Assembly: GCA_964016885.1 (NCBI GenBank)
Contig: OZ024745.1
Span: 55,924,001 to 55,988,000, forward strand
Source: Eledone cirrhosa
Taxonomy: Eukaryota
Reading direction: 5' to 3'
Length of the DNA: 64,000 nt
The stretch's first letter is position 1, and each line of letters begins with the position of its first letter. The notes under the pieces are model-generated. The model made no database searches, was not told the DNA's origin, and saw nothing but the letters and a program-made list of their open reading frames with translations. Made by a program: the position numbers and the translations under genes. Positions 36,704 through 51,344 of the stretch are shown piece by piece.

Positions 36704-39700
36704 GTAAGAAAAAAGTTACTAACTGATATAGAAATTGATCAGATCAAGCTATTAGCACAAAGTCAGCGAAGGGAAAATGAAACATGTGTCAGTGAAAACG
36801 AGGTAAACTGTAACACTTCGAATCCCAGGGTTGGGGCGGAATCACTGGCAACAGAACAAATTAAAGAAAGGATCGAAAAAGTGGAGGGAGTGCATGCTCA
36901 GGATGAAACTCCAAATAAAAATAATGAGATCGTAAATGATAAAGAAATGAATGAGAATGAACTTGCCAACTTGAAGGATGAAATTATGATCGAATGGATG
37001 AAAATGAAAGAATCTGACATGGGGTAACGAGACACCCTCCCTAAGATCCAGAACTCCAAACAGAACCAAAAGATAATACACAAGACAAACATAATTCTCA
37101 AAAACATTATCATCACAAACAAACTAAACATTACTGATTTAAATCGTCTCTATTATGCATCGGCTAAAGTCACCACTCACTTATGTGGAGTGAAGATGAA
37201 AAAACAAAGGAATTACCACAAGAAATCTACTTGGCAAATAAGCCTTCGCCAAATAAACCTTCTCCGATCTGACATAGAAATGTTAACAAACTATAAAGTA
37301 GGTGAACATGTTAAACAAACTAAACTTAGAAAATTGAAAAAAAAGTACAGTTTAAAATCAACATGTGACATAGACATGCTGATAGAAATAATCAAGCAAA
37401 AAGTGTCGGCCAAAGCTGCTCGTATAAGGCGCTTTGAAAAACGATCTAGATTCTATAAGGACAATAATATGTTCAAAAACAACCAAAGAAACTTCTACAG
37501 AAAAATTGGTAAGTCAACAATAACTGCTAAATCAATACCACCCAAGGAGGAAGTGCAAGAATTCTGGGAAAAGATCTGGGCCGAAGAAAAAGTTCATAAC
37601 ATACATGCCCCATGGATAGACAGACAAATGAAAGATACAGCTCACCTTGAGGAACAAATATGGGAAAATATAACAGTTGAACAGTTGCGCTTGGCTCTAA
37701 GAAAAACCAGCAAACGGAAATCCCCAGGAAAAGACAAAATACAAAACTTTTGGATAAATGCCTTCACAGAGTCTCATGAGCTGTTAGCCCAACTTTACAA
37801 TGAAATAGTTAAGGAGCCAGAAAAGATACCATCATGGCTAGTTAACGGCATTACATTGCTCCTTCCGAAGAATGATGAGACAAACAATCCCAAAAATTAC
37901 AGACCGATAACTTGCTTGACCACAATGTATAAAATGTTAACATCAGTCCTAACTGAATACACATATGACCACCTGATAACAAATGACCTATTTCCCATTG
38001 AGCAGAAAGGGTGTAAACGAGGCTCATATGGCTGTAAGGATCAGCTTCTGGTTAACAAAATGATACTGGAAGATTGTCATAATAGACACAAAAATCTATC
38101 GATTGCTTGGATAGATTATAAAAAAGCATTCGATAGTTTGCCACACAGTTGGATTGAAAAATGTTTAGAGATTTTCAAAATATCCCCCGTTGTCAGGAGG
38201 TTTTTGTCATTCAGTATGAAGACATGGAAAACGACACTCCTTTTGAATAGTGAAACAAAATCACTGGAAGCTGGAGAAGTTAATATTAATTGTGGAATTT
38301 TTCAGGGTGACTCTTTATCACCGCTTTTATTCTGCATCGCACTTATACCATTAAGTAAAATGCTCAATGAAACAAAACATGGATATAAAGTCTATGACAA
38401 AACCATTAATCACCTGTTCTACATGGATGACCTGAAACTATTTGCAAAAAATGATAGCAAGGGCTAATATCCACTGTGGAGCAGTTCAGTGATGACATTA
38501 AAATGGAGTTTGGACTAGATAAATGCGCCAAGGCAACGTTCACCAGAGGAAAGCTGCTGAAGAGTTCAGACATTAATCTTGATCGGGGGAACGTGATAAG
38601 AGAACTTGATCAAGAAAAAACTTACAAATATCTAGGTGTTTGTGAAGGAGACGGAATCAAGCACTCGACAATGAGGGAAAGGATAAGGAAGGAATGTTAC
38701 CGCAGAGTAAGAGCAATCTTAAGAACGGAATTGAATGCAAGGAATAGGATCGATGCCATAAACACGCTTGCCATACCAGTAGTAACCTACAGTTACAATG
38801 TCATCAACTGGTCAAGCACAGAGATCTGTAGGCTCGATACAAAAATTCGAAAATTCTTAACCATGCACAGAATGCATCACCCTAAGGCAGATATAGATAG
38901 AATATATCTCCCTAGGAAAGAAGGAGGACGTGGGTTAATCCAGTTAGACATTGCGTTGAAAACTGCAACAATTGGATTATCTACATATCTAAGGGAATCA
39001 CATGATTGGATGATCAAACTCGTTTTGAAACACGAAAGCATCAAAAGATCATATTCCATTACAAAAGATGCACAAAGATACAGTAATGGACTACAAATTT
39101 CAGAAGTCCCATTTAATGCTGAAATGGAAAACACAGAAAAAGCAAAGCAGGTAAAAGTAACTGCAAAGAAAGAATTGCTACAAAAACTGGCTAAGAAATG
39201 GCAAGAAAAGCATCTGTATGGAAAATACCCAGAGCGAGCTAACAATCCTGATGTTGACAAAACTTTAACCCATCAGTGGTTGGCATCTTCTGGACTGAAA
39301 TCGGAGACTGAAGGACTGATTACATCAGCACAAGATCAGTGCCTGCCAACAAAAAATTACCAAGCCAACATAATAAAAAATGGATGCAGCCCATTATGCC
39401 GTGTATGCAAAAAACAACCAGAGACCATTGACCATATAATTTCAATGTGCAGTCCTATAGCTCCAACCGAATACCTAAACAGGCATGACAGAGCTGCACA
39501 ATACATACATTGGATAATGTGTAAGCATTTTGACCTGCCCCATCAAAATAATTAGTGGCAGCATCAACCACCTCCCATACTTGAAAAAGATCACATCTCA
39601 ATCTTGTGGAACTTTAGCATCCAAACAGACCGAAAAATAGATGCAAATAGACCTGATATAATATTGAAGGACTTTCAAAAGAGGGTATGCCTGCTAATTG

Positions 39701-40106
39701 ATATGTCTGTTCCAATAGACAAGAATGTATCTATAAAAACATTTGAAAAATTGAGCAAGTATAAGGACCTGGAGATAGAAATTGGAAAAATGTGGAAATT
39801 GAGAACTAAAACGATACCAGTGGCTGTAGGCGCTCTGAGAATGATACCTAAGGGGTCTAATGATTACTTATCGCAAATCCCAGGAAACCCGCGTATAGGA
39901 GAAATACAAAAGATAGTACTAATGGGAACTGCCCATATACTAAAGAAGATTCTGTCAATATAAGTACATCACAAGTCTAAACACTAAAGATGCATGTGTG
40001 AATATGTATGTTCTTTCTTGAACATGGCGGACCTTGTTGTCTCTTGAGGTCACTGGTTGTGACTTGGTGATAACTCGTATAAACATAAAGCAAGATAAAT
40101 GCAACT

Positions 40107-40107
<1 letters not shown>
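36704..40107 (+). mobile_element. R4/Dong-like LINE (RT, CCHC, RLE) in (TAA)n
   Basis: Flanked by (AAT)n at 36648-36703 and 40108-40163; domain order as in the R4 clade. Confidence 0.92.
37190..39963 (+). pseudogene. R4/Dong-like ORF with two in-frame stops
   Basis: KSPGKD, NYRPITCL, EQKG, WIDYKKAFDS, GIFQGDSLSP, YMDDLK, GGRGL, CRVC..ETIDHIISMC, RHD, RPDII..LIDMSVP..KYKDL; stops at 38465-38467 and 39553-39555. Confidence 0.93.
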
Positions 40108-40163
<56 letters not shown>

Positions 40164-40627
40164 GATAGAAAACGATCAGGTGAAGGTGCTGTGGGATTTT
40201 AGTATACAGACGGACAAGAAACTGGAACACAATAGACCTGACCTGGTGGTTTTGGACAAAGAAAAAAGATCGTGTCTGATTGTGGATGTGGCCTGCCCAT
40301 TCGACACGAGAGTGCAAGAGAAGGAGAGGGAGAAAATTAACCGATACCAGGACTTAAAGTGGGAGGTAAAAAGGATTTGGAACTGCCATGAAGTGAAAGT
40401 GATCCCGATTGTCATAGGCGCACTAGGGACTACCTGAAAAAGTTTCCAGGGATGGTTAAAGAAAATTGGCCCCTTCACGCTTTTTGGAACGCTTCAAAAG
40501 GCATGCTTGCTGGGAACAGCAAGAACCCTCCGATACGTCCTGAATATCTGAGGCTGCAGGTAATGGCTTGATATTCATCTCAACAAACTTTCCAGTTAAC
40601 TAACATCAATGACTGAGACTCAAAGAG
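40164..40627 (+). mobile_element. 3' fragment of a second R4/Dong-like family
   Basis: VKVLWDFSIQTDKKLEHNRPDLVV..IVDVACPFD..; (TAA)n on both sides; closely similar to 23044-23467. Confidence 0.9.
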
Positions 40628-40652
40628 TAATAACAATAATAATAATAATAAT

Positions 40653-43600
40653 CTTTTCTTTATTAACCACAAGGGTTTACATAAAGTAGACATTATGGAG
40701 AGTACAGGACTATACAGGACTGTACAAATGGGCATTTATGCGTGTAAAAAACAGAGGATGTAATAAAATAACAAAGAAAAAATTCCCCAATAGGGGGTGA
40801 CTTCCGAGGGACATTTGTATAGAAAGCCCATTAAAAGACCACAGTGACCCTGACCACCAGGGCAAGTGCCCTCTCCCAGTTTTCCACCTTTAATTTTCAG
40901 ACACATACTCAGAGTAGGCCCATCCACTCGGGCCATACTTGCTTCTCTCACCCATCTTTCAACAAAATGCTGGGAAGAGAGCACTTCCCTCTCTACCCTG
41001 ATTTTCCTTTTCAAATGAAATTTGAAAAAGTTAATCAGGGAATCACCGAAGAGGTAAGTACTCGTCTTCAGCCCTTTCAAACGTGTCCACCATACTATCT
41101 CTTTCGCCATGGCCACCAGACAGATAAAAACTGCCTGCCCTTCCCGGCTAAAAGAAGAGGGCGGGGCAATCCTCACGATGGACTCAGCTGATAGCTAGAT
41201 CCGTCCTACACGTGACAGCAGGTGTTCGACATAAACCCACAAGTCAGCAATGCTAGGACACTGGACGAGTGCGTGCAGGACGGTTTCGTCGCCCTGAGCG
41301 CATCTCGGACATGCCCGGCTGACGGCACCTCCATGCCTGTAGAGTTTATCCCGAACTGGCAAAGCTCCCCGGTAGCACTGCCAGGCCAGGGATTTCTGGA
41401 AGTTGTCAATAGGCCCCGGCCCGAAAGTCCTTCCGAAGATATTGGCTAGTTGATTTTCGTCGACGCCTAGAGTTTCTCCAAGTACGTCGTCGCTCTTCCC
41501 CTCCACTAATCCTCTATAGAACACCAAGGTGGAGTTTCCACCGATCACATTGCCCCATTGGTCGAGGGCTGTGAGCGCCTGAAGACATTCCAGTCTCCAA
41601 GCGCTCCCTCTCGGTCTTCGCTTGACCCAGGATTGCAGCTCCTTCAAGGAGACGAGCTGGGGAAAGACGCGTCTAGCAAACGGCGACCACACCTGATCAC
41701 CGTCGAGGAAGAGGTGGAGATGTCGTAGCCTGAGTGCGTGTCTGCGCATCATCAGCCACGGCATGCCCAGCCCTCCACGTAGCGGGTGTTGACAGCAGAT
41801 GGACGGCCTGACCATCGGAGCGCGTCCCTTCCACAAAAAGCGAAAGAGCAAACGCTCCAGCCGCAGTCAGGTGGGGCTTAGGACAAGGTACGACGGTTAG
41901 GTGGTAGTAGATGACGGACGCAATGTACGCGTTAGCCACCTCCGCTCGACCTTTCAGGGATAGCTTCCTCTCGGCCCATTTCAGGGTGAAAGAAGCCACC
42001 CTGCTCCTCACCTCGTCCCAGCTTTTGTCCGTCTGGAGGTCCGGACCGAACCAGACATCTAGCAATTTAACCGGTCCGTCCGTCCAGCGTCCGACGACGC
42101 TGTTGGACGGCATGGACCTGCCTCTCCAGGTGCCTAGCTGCAGGCCCACTGACTTTTCCTGGTTGATCATTTCCTGTCACCGCTTCGTATTCTCTTAGTG
42201 TAGTTCCGATCACCTCGATGTGTTTGGCGTTCGACACCACTACGGTGACATCGTCCGCATATGCTGACACGGATCTTCCGCATCCTAGTTCGCGCGGGAC
42301 CCCCCTCAACGTCTCCAGTTTGTGCAGTAATGGCTCGAGAGTCAATACGTACAAGAGGGACGAGAGGGGACATCCTTGGCGGAGCGCATGATGTTGAACG
42401 GTTCCGAAAGGTGACCGTTCACTCTCACTACAGAGCAGATGTCGCTGTGCATGGCAGCGATCCAGCCTCTGAAGACGGACCCATGCCAGCCGCCCTCAGG
42501 ACTGCCGCTAGGTAACGATGGTCGACCCTATCGAAGGCTTTCGACTGATCTAAATTTATCAAAGACCCACCCGTGCCAGGTTCCCTAGCTACCCTCTCTA
42601 CGATGTATCGCATGAGGTGGAGGTTTTCGTGGATGGATCTGTCGGGAATGGCGCATGTCTGCGCTTCTCCCACCAGAGCACCAACGACAACGCCAACCTC
42701 TTTGCTAGCACCTTGGCCAAAATCTTGAACTCTGTGTTTAGCAGAGTTATGGGCCTAAAATTATCTATGTTATCCCCCTTGTTCGGATCCTTTCTCAGAA
42801 GCGCCACCGCTCCTCGGCTTACAGAGCTGGGAATTCTCCCGTTCTGTTGCCAGTTGCAGTAGACGTCCGCCAAGAGGCCTTCGAACAAGTCTGGCATTTG
42901 TATGTAAAGTTCATAGGCAGACCATCCAAACCAGGCGATTTACCTCTTGTGCAGCCAGTCATTGCCTCCCGTACTTCAGCGGCTGTTATCGGCTTTTCGC
43001 AACACTCCGCCTCAGTGGCCGAGAGCCGCGGCAGTCCGTCGAGGTAGACACTAAAGTCCATCCCTCGATCCGGCCCGCCGCTGCCCCCGAACAGTTGAGC
43101 GAAGTGTCGCTGAAAAGCTTCACGCATTTGCCCGGGTCCGAGTAGCATGCGCCCGTCGTGGTCCACCAAAGACCGGATCGTGGCTTTGTTGCCACGACGA
43201 GCCTCCGCCACTCGGGGCCATTGAAAAGCTTTCGTCCCCTCATGTCTGAGAGCACGCACCCTAGCTCTGACAACGCAGCGTTCGTGCTTTGCATTGAAGA
43301 ATTGGTCAAGGGCCAATTTCGCCGCAAGTACGTCGGTCGCGATGCCTTTGCAAAGCGCCTCGTCTAATTTTCTAACTAATTCTCCCTCTGCTCTATTTTT
43401 TTTTTTTCCTAAAGCCTTACTAAACCTAATGGACTCTATTCTAATTGCTCTTTTTAGAGCAAACCACCACTTGTTATTGACGATGGCCCCCGTCAACGCC
43501 CGCTAGATATGATCTGCATGCCCTATGCGATTTGTCCAAGTCCACATTGGGACATTCTGGAAATCCAATCGGTACCGGTCACACAGTTCAAAACGCCTGA

Positions 43601-46293
43601 GCAGGTTGGTGAGGCTCTTTGACCCTCCTCCCCTATCCGATAATCCCACACAGTCCCAGCGTGCATCTAAGATCCCGTTCCAGTCGCCCACTAACACTAA
43701 AGAGCGGGACGTTCCAAGAAAGGTTTCCAGACGCCAGCAGAAATCAGGCCGCCCTGCTCCTGTCGAGGCATAGACGGCTACTAGCCTGAAAGCTTGCCCG
43801 TCTCTGCTGGTCACGTCTAGCACCACCAACTTACCTTCTGGGTCCAGGAAGATGGCCCATATGGCGAGATCCAAACCTCTCCGAAAAAGCACAGCAACAC
43901 CTCCCCCCGATCCCGGACGACTGGGAGATGCGTACACATCGTAGCCGCCGAAGATCGGTGCGAAGGCCCGTGCTTCGGGGATTCTGGTCTCGCTGATGGC
44001 CAATACATCTATGTTTAGTGACCTGAGGTCGTTGAGCAGGTGGCCCTGCTTCCATGACGACTCCAAGCCACGCGCATTTATGCTGCCTATTCTGAGTGAG
44101 GTCATGTTGAAATGGAGTGGAAAAGATGGGAAAGACCACTTACCTTACTTCTCGTAGAGAAGCATGGTTTGTCCATCCTTTTCACTGCTTGTGGCCTCCT
44201 CCGGAAGGATGTCCTTATAAATCCTCCTGGAGAGTGTTTGTTGGAAGTCTCCGACGTCTTTGGGGAATTTTTGTTTTAGTGTCGTGTACGTTTTCTGTGT
44301 GATGCGAGTGATTTGTATGTGTGGAGGCGGTGTGAACTTTTGGGTTGTTGTGTAGTCTTTTTCTGTGTGCTGGTGTTGTGTTGCATGTAGTGTAATAATT
44401 GGTTGTTGTTCAAATTTAATGCTGTGTAGTGTGTATCGTTTTGGTTGTTTTGTTTTGTTTGCGTTTGTTGTGGGTTTGTTTCTGTTACACTTTTTGGTGA
44501 CTTTTGTGGTGTTGGTGATGGTGGTGTTGGGGTTAATGATGGTGTTGGTGTTGGTGTTTGTGGTGATGGGGTTGGTGATGCTGGTGTGGTTGGTGGCATA
44601 TCTGACCTAACTTTTTTGTTTGATAATTTATTTGTTTCCTCTGTATTTTGTTTTTGGAGGGGAAAGGAAGAGAATTTCTTTCTTTTTTGGTTTCTTTTTT
44701 TCTTTTTCCCTGATACCGTTTCCCACTCCTCGTCGTCAAAATCTGTCTCCAGTTGCTATAAGCCGGGGAGTAGAAAATCCTCCACAGGCGTTGGTTTTGG
44801 TTGTGGCGTGGTGGATGGTGTAGGCGCTGGAGCCAGTTCTGGCGCGTTGCGTGGTGGTGGTGTTGGTTTTGTTACTGTTGCTGGGATTGTTGCTGTTACA
44901 GTTGCTTCTGTTGTTGCTGCTACAGTTGTTGCTGCCATTTCTGCTGCTGGTGGTGTTGATGGTTGAGTCACTGGGGTGGGTAAGAGAGGTGGCCCCAACC
45001 TTTTAGCCTGAGGGCATAAAGCCTTTAGCTGGGTTCTTTCACCACAAACGACACACCTAGGCCTTCTGTCCTCGACGATTACGGTGAGGTGGCTGCCGTC
45101 AGTGAGGTCTATTACCTCTGGGATCTCCTCAATGCTTTTATGGTCCGCTTGGATCAGGAGCACCATCCCAGATCCGGACCAGTTCTCCTGCTTTTCTTTC
45201 GCTCTTTCGATTATCTTGGTGTTGGTCTCGATGCCGAAGGGGACGGCAGCCATTAGCCAGGGAATTTCGATGGCCGATGGAACGTGGGTCCCCTGATCTG
45301 GCCACAATAGGTTGGGACGAGTGTGAAGTCGTCACATCTTAATGGGGCCATGGAGTGTTCTCTGGCCTCCTGTGGTGTTTCAAAGAACACGTCCACGGTT
45401 CCATATTTCTGCCCACGTCTGATGTGGGTTTTTTTGGCCCACATATGTCCCAAAGCTTTTTGGATTTGGGACTCGGATGCCCGTTCCACTCGGCGCGATT
45501 TTACGTTAATTGTCCGATGAGACACCCTGCATAGGCGACGATGCTCTATTGTATTAGGTGTGGGGGTGAGGCTGACCCTGTACCCATCTTTCTTTACCAT
45601 TCTTTTGGCTTCTTCTAATTCCTCCTGAGTTACCTGGATCGCTTCGCACGTTTTTGCTACTCTGGCAAAACTCAGGGTAGTTTTCTTAATTTCATTGTTG
45701 CTGTTGTTGTTATCGTTATTTTTGTTATTGTTAATTTTAGTTTCAGTTGTGGTCGTGGTGGCGTCAGTGGTGTTCGGTTTGGACGACTTCATTTTGGTTG
45801 AATTCATTTCGATATCACGAGTTAATTTATTTTTTTATTTTATTTCTGTTGTCGCTGTGTGGTGGTGGTGGGGGTTGTCGCTGTGTAGTGGTAGTGGGGG
45901 TGGCGGCTTTAACACCTGCAGTCATTGGTCATGGCGAGAAATGAATGTCTGGTTGAGACAAATTTAAAATGTTGCTACTGCTTATATCTTTAGTGTTGGC
46001 AAACGTAGTAATATTTACAATCGTGGTGTCGGTATGAGGTGTTAGTTTTTGAGGAAGGCGTGACTCTGAGTCTTCCATGATTTTTCAAAGAAATTTGTTT
46101 TGTTTGGTAATTATAAAAAGTTTAAATTTTGGGCTCATGGCCCCAATATTTTTGAGTGTCCTTTTCAGAAAACAATGTATGTGCACTTATATACAGTTAA
46201 CAATAAAAATGTTCCATAAATGGCAATTTTAAAAAACTGAAAATAACAAACTTTTGCGATCTCACGATAATACTATTTACTACGTAGGTCGCC
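40653..46293 (-). mobile_element. Tx1-like LINE, copy 2 (ORF1, APE, RT, zinc finger; many frameshifts)
   Basis: APE: LRIGSINARGL, DVLAISETR, GGVAVL, LVAVYA, LVGDWN, WTW (43503-44105); RT and ORF1 colinear with copy 1; (AAT)n on both sides. Confidence 0.93.
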
Positions 46294-46771
46294 AATAATA
46301 ATAATAATAATAACAGCAACAACAACAATATCAGCAACATGCATGTTCATTTAAATGATATTCCAAATATTTATTTCTGTAATTTAATACATGTTTGCAA
46401 TGTAATAATTATTGGAAAATTCATATTTCACTCAGAGCACAGGAAACTGAATAACCTTCGATAATAATACAGATTCTTTAGTTGTTTACATAAAGAACAA
46501 TACATGTTTTTACATAGACATCCATGCTAATTTTGCATATAATATTATACTGAAAGATCAGTTGTCTAGATTTAATTAGATTGTATATTTCTAACATTCT
46601 CTATGGCATTTTGTATTCGTTTCCTGAGTATCATTTACCAACACATACATCAATCAATGTAAAACATAGGAACTTTGTTAATATATATATATATATGTGT
46701 GTGCGTGCGTGTATGTGTGTGTGTGTGAGTGAGTATGCGTGCCTGTCTGTGTGGCTGTGCATGTTTATGCA

Positions 46772-46937
<166 letters not shown>

Positions 46938-47029
46938 GACACTTAACCTCTGATGCTGCCGTTCTGGCATAGTCAATTTCTTGCAGAGGAAGAAAAGTGA
47001 GAAATAGATATTAAAGAAGAATGGACTCC

Positions 47030-47105
47030 ATTACTGAACTGGTACTCTTTTTCATATATCGCAAAAGAATGAAAAACAACGTTGACTTAAGCAGGATTGA
47101 AGGCA
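47030..47105 (-). mobile_element. Very degenerate SINE remnant
   Basis: actggtactctttt..aagaatgaaaaacaacgttgacttaagcaggattgaa resembles the SINE central block and B-box. Confidence 0.4.
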
Positions 47106-47972
47106 GAGCAGAGAAAGCTAGAACGAATGCAGCTACATATTCCAGTCATCTTTGTATGTCTGCAAATGCACAATTTTGAAATAGAAAAAGGATATGCAAA
47201 AAAATAACGACATTAGTTATATAAGGAAATGAACAAGTGTTATAGGGAAACTAGGAAAAAGAAAAAGAGAGAGAAAGGCTACTCAATATTTTGACTTCGC
47301 TCGGCTGTGCTTTGCTCGCTTTGGTACCTGCCGTTCCTTCTCTTAAGCATCGTAATTGTGTATCTTTGAGACGTCTCGCTAGCGTTTATATTTGGAGATT
47401 TATGAACACTTTCGCATGTATTTGTCTCTGTTTCCATACAGTGTTATATCTATATGTCCAAATACTTTTTCTATCAATTATTAGATGGTTGGGATGTTGC
47501 TATTCCATACTTTTATTCTCTCATGAGTGTTTTTTATTTCTTTCGACACATGAGTGACATCTTTGATCTATTTGTGTCTCCTCTGGAGCATGCCCCACCA
47601 CAATCCCCATCAATGTAGAAGCACTACCACACACAAAATACAAAACCGAAATCTGAATCCCCAAACTTTGTTTAAGATGCTGATGCTCCACCTTCTTCTT
47701 CTTCTTCTTCTTCTTCTTCTTCTTCTTCTTCTTCAATTTTTGAAAATTTTCAAATTATAAACAGCAAAGTCTGCGGCGATATTTTAAAGTCTATGGACTC
47801 TTTTTAATAGTATGTGTAATAATTAAAAAAATATTACTATATAATTTTATTATTTGTAGAATTTAATGCATATAAACTGAACAGCTTCAGGTTTGCAATA
47901 TTTTCTTATAGGTGATATTTGAAATAGAGTTAAAATGGTTGATTGATTATATATTTATATGAGTACGCACGC

Positions 47973-48058
<86 letters not shown>

Positions 48059-48585
48059 TTATATTAGAGTAGTACGTATTGCAGCTGCATTCACTAATTC
48101 GTTTTTGTAATATCTTATATGATATCTTACAGAATTGGTGACGTCGGATATCACTGTAAATGGATATTTCTTAAATTTTCAAACCAATGCTACATTTATG
48201 TTGCACATCTAATTAATGTTACGTTATACAAACTCTGCTTTCAATTATAGATATGCTGGTCACATTTATATCAGACGAAATTCTAATAAATCATATAACC
48301 ACCGTTTTACTACCATCTGGATTTTACTGCATATTGTAAATAATGTGACAGATCACCAGGTGTTTTCTGTTTCCAGATATTAAATCCGGCAATCTTAAAT
48401 ATATAATAGCTTAGGCAAACGCTGTGGAGTTTAAGTCAAGAAAATGTATATATAGATTGTATGCTTCCTGTATTATAAAACTATAATTTTCGTAATATAT
48501 GTATGCATGCACAAGGAATTACACACTAGTTAGGTAAGCACGCACACACACTCACACAAACACATACACACAGACACACACACAC

Positions 48586-48647
<62 letters not shown>

Positions 48648-49084
48648 AGAGTGAGAGTGAGAGAGAATAGAGATACCTACATAGATTTATATGCATGGAC
48701 AAATAATTTGACATTATTCATGCCCCAACTGGTATATGTGTATGTGTGTAAGTTATTAGGTATCTGCCCATTATTAGGGGGGAACTAGAAATTTTCTCCA
48801 TAGCGCTTCCCTACACACGTTAACCAAGTCAAACTGTGTAACTCTCTAAACATACAAATCGATAGTTCTAGCGTGTCGGTGGCTATTTTAGCAGTTTTAT
48901 TAATGCAATTAAAAATCGCTCGTTATGACATTTTATACTCAGTCTCTTCCTGTAAATTACATTCTCTCTCCTGCTGCAAATGATTCATTGTTAACAATTG
49001 TAATAATCGCAACGTATATGCCGTGAGAGATGTAGTCACTCATGCACTCACATACACACACAAGCACACATGTATTCATACACA

Positions 49085-49122
<38 letters not shown>

Positions 49123-50736
49123 CGTGTGTGTGTATGTGAGAGTGCGCGTGTGTGTGTGTGTTGGATGATTTAACTATTATGTAGAACTGATCATTTCGAA
49201 TAGCCGACCATGATGCAATATGCAAAAACACTCAACCTTATGCATGTCATCCAATCATGAGGGGGTTTCGAGGGATCGATATAATATATATATACACATA
49301 TAAAGTAGCAGTTAGACTTCATGTCAATGTGTACAGAAAATGGAATTTATGTTAATTTCTAGATGTGTGTATTCGAACTGATGAACTCCATTAGCCAAAC
49401 CCCGAAATGCAAGTGCATCACCACATTCATGTCCTTCCTTCGCATATCAGTTTCCAACACTACTGCCAACTTCCTCTTCAGCATTAAATGTTCCCATTCC
49501 ATAGGTATATATATCCAATCCTATTAAATATATTGCTGCATACTCAGGAAAAGAGTGCAGTGACTTACCAATAAACCAATCACATAGTAAGTAGTACTTA
49601 CAGTCGAAATTGCAATCAATTTCACATAACTTCTTTCGCTTCGTATTTTCATTTTCCTGACGACTTATGTTGTATATTTACATCCACAATCTGTTCTCCA
49701 TCAGTTTGACCTAAACCATTGTGGATATATGTGAAATTAGTGGTCAATAGATATGCGTATAGCCCAAGAATAATCTATAGGCGATAAGGAATAAATAAAA
49801 CCCTTTATGTTAGATTGTTTAATCTTCCTGATTAAGGAATGAATATGTTTTTGAAACTGCACAATTTTCTAAATCCTTTTGGACCATTTTGAAAGATTAA
49901 TATGCACGAATATATTTTGTTTGGAAAAAGTTATGATTTTAATATTTTCAAATTTCAAAGGTGCATGATTTATAATTTTAGTTAGAAAATTAATTTTCAG
50001 CAAGATATATGTTTTACGAAGGTGTTAGCAGCATTTACCTTAAAATGAGATTTATATTAAAATATGCGTTGTGCCTCATGAAATTGTTAATGGTATATAA
50101 AATGAAAAATAAAGCAACGTAACTTTAAATGAAAAGTAAATATGACACAAAGTTGTACAACTAGAAATATTTCATCTTCGCATATGTGCAGGTTGATTAA
50201 GAAGGAATTTTTAATATATTTTAAGAGAGGATAGATCGTTGAATGTGAAAAGAAAACATGCTACAAATATATGTTTTATAAAAGAAGAAAAAAAATTGTG
50301 ATATATAACTTTAGGCGGATATAAGATTAGGCGATAAGATATGCAAAGCATTACGTTGTTTAATGTTCTTACCCGTTATTTTTGTTGCAAAATATCTATA
50401 TAAAATCATAACATATGATGTATAGCTGTTTGAAACAATTTGTTTTGCATGTTCTATTTGTTTTAATAACACTGGCAGTTTTGCATAATCGATAACCAGA
50501 ACACCATTGTTACCTTCAAATACTACTACTAATATTAATAATAATCATATTATCGTTATTTTTGATATTGTATCGGTGCATTGTAGTTATATTTTGCTTC
50601 ATATATTAAAGCAAACAGATGATGAACATGTGTAATTGCATGAAAAGTTAATAGTGTTTTCTTTTTAAGAAAGATAAACATAAGTTTCCACATGTCCCAT
50701 AGATATATCCATGTATGTATGCAAATATGTATGAAG

Positions 50737-50782
<46 letters not shown>

Positions 50783-51058
50783 ATGTACGTATTCACATGT
50801 GGTTGTATGTATGTATTTATGTCTATGTTGCTTCTTTTAAACTTAAGAACGAGACACTGTGTGGATAGAGGAGTTTATGCATATATGCCTGTATGTATGT
50901 ACACTTGCATGTACTATATACATCTGTATTCACCGATACGTACACATACATATATATACTTGTGTATATATACACAAATCATTTTATTCCTTCAGTTACT
51001 CTAATTTCCAAACATTGTGTATATAATCGACCTGCTTCCTGCTGTACATAAAGGTAAT

Positions 51059-51121
<63 letters not shown>

Positions 51122-51126
<5 letters not shown>

Positions 51127-51344
51127 AAAAAGAAATACACAGATACATGCGAATACATACATATACATGCATATACACACATATACCCCTGATTGATTCA
51201 ATCTATTTCATTCATATTATTTTGTCCCTATTAATCATGAAGCAACAACGGTTAAGGTTGACACCACACAATTTCAGGGATATATGTGTGTATATGCATG
51301 TATATGTATGTATTCGCATGTATCTGTGTATTTCTTTTTATTGT
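51122..51344. repeat. 71-bp inverted repeat pair with an 81-bp spacer (MITE-like or fold-back)
   Basis: 51122-51192 versus the reverse complement of 51274-51344, one mismatch. Confidence 0.85.

Noticed and set aside
47290-47620. Possible heavily decayed GIY-YIG remnant; similar possible RTE remnants near 49400-49720 and 57550-57900
   Set aside because: Motif resemblance is too weak to call by eye
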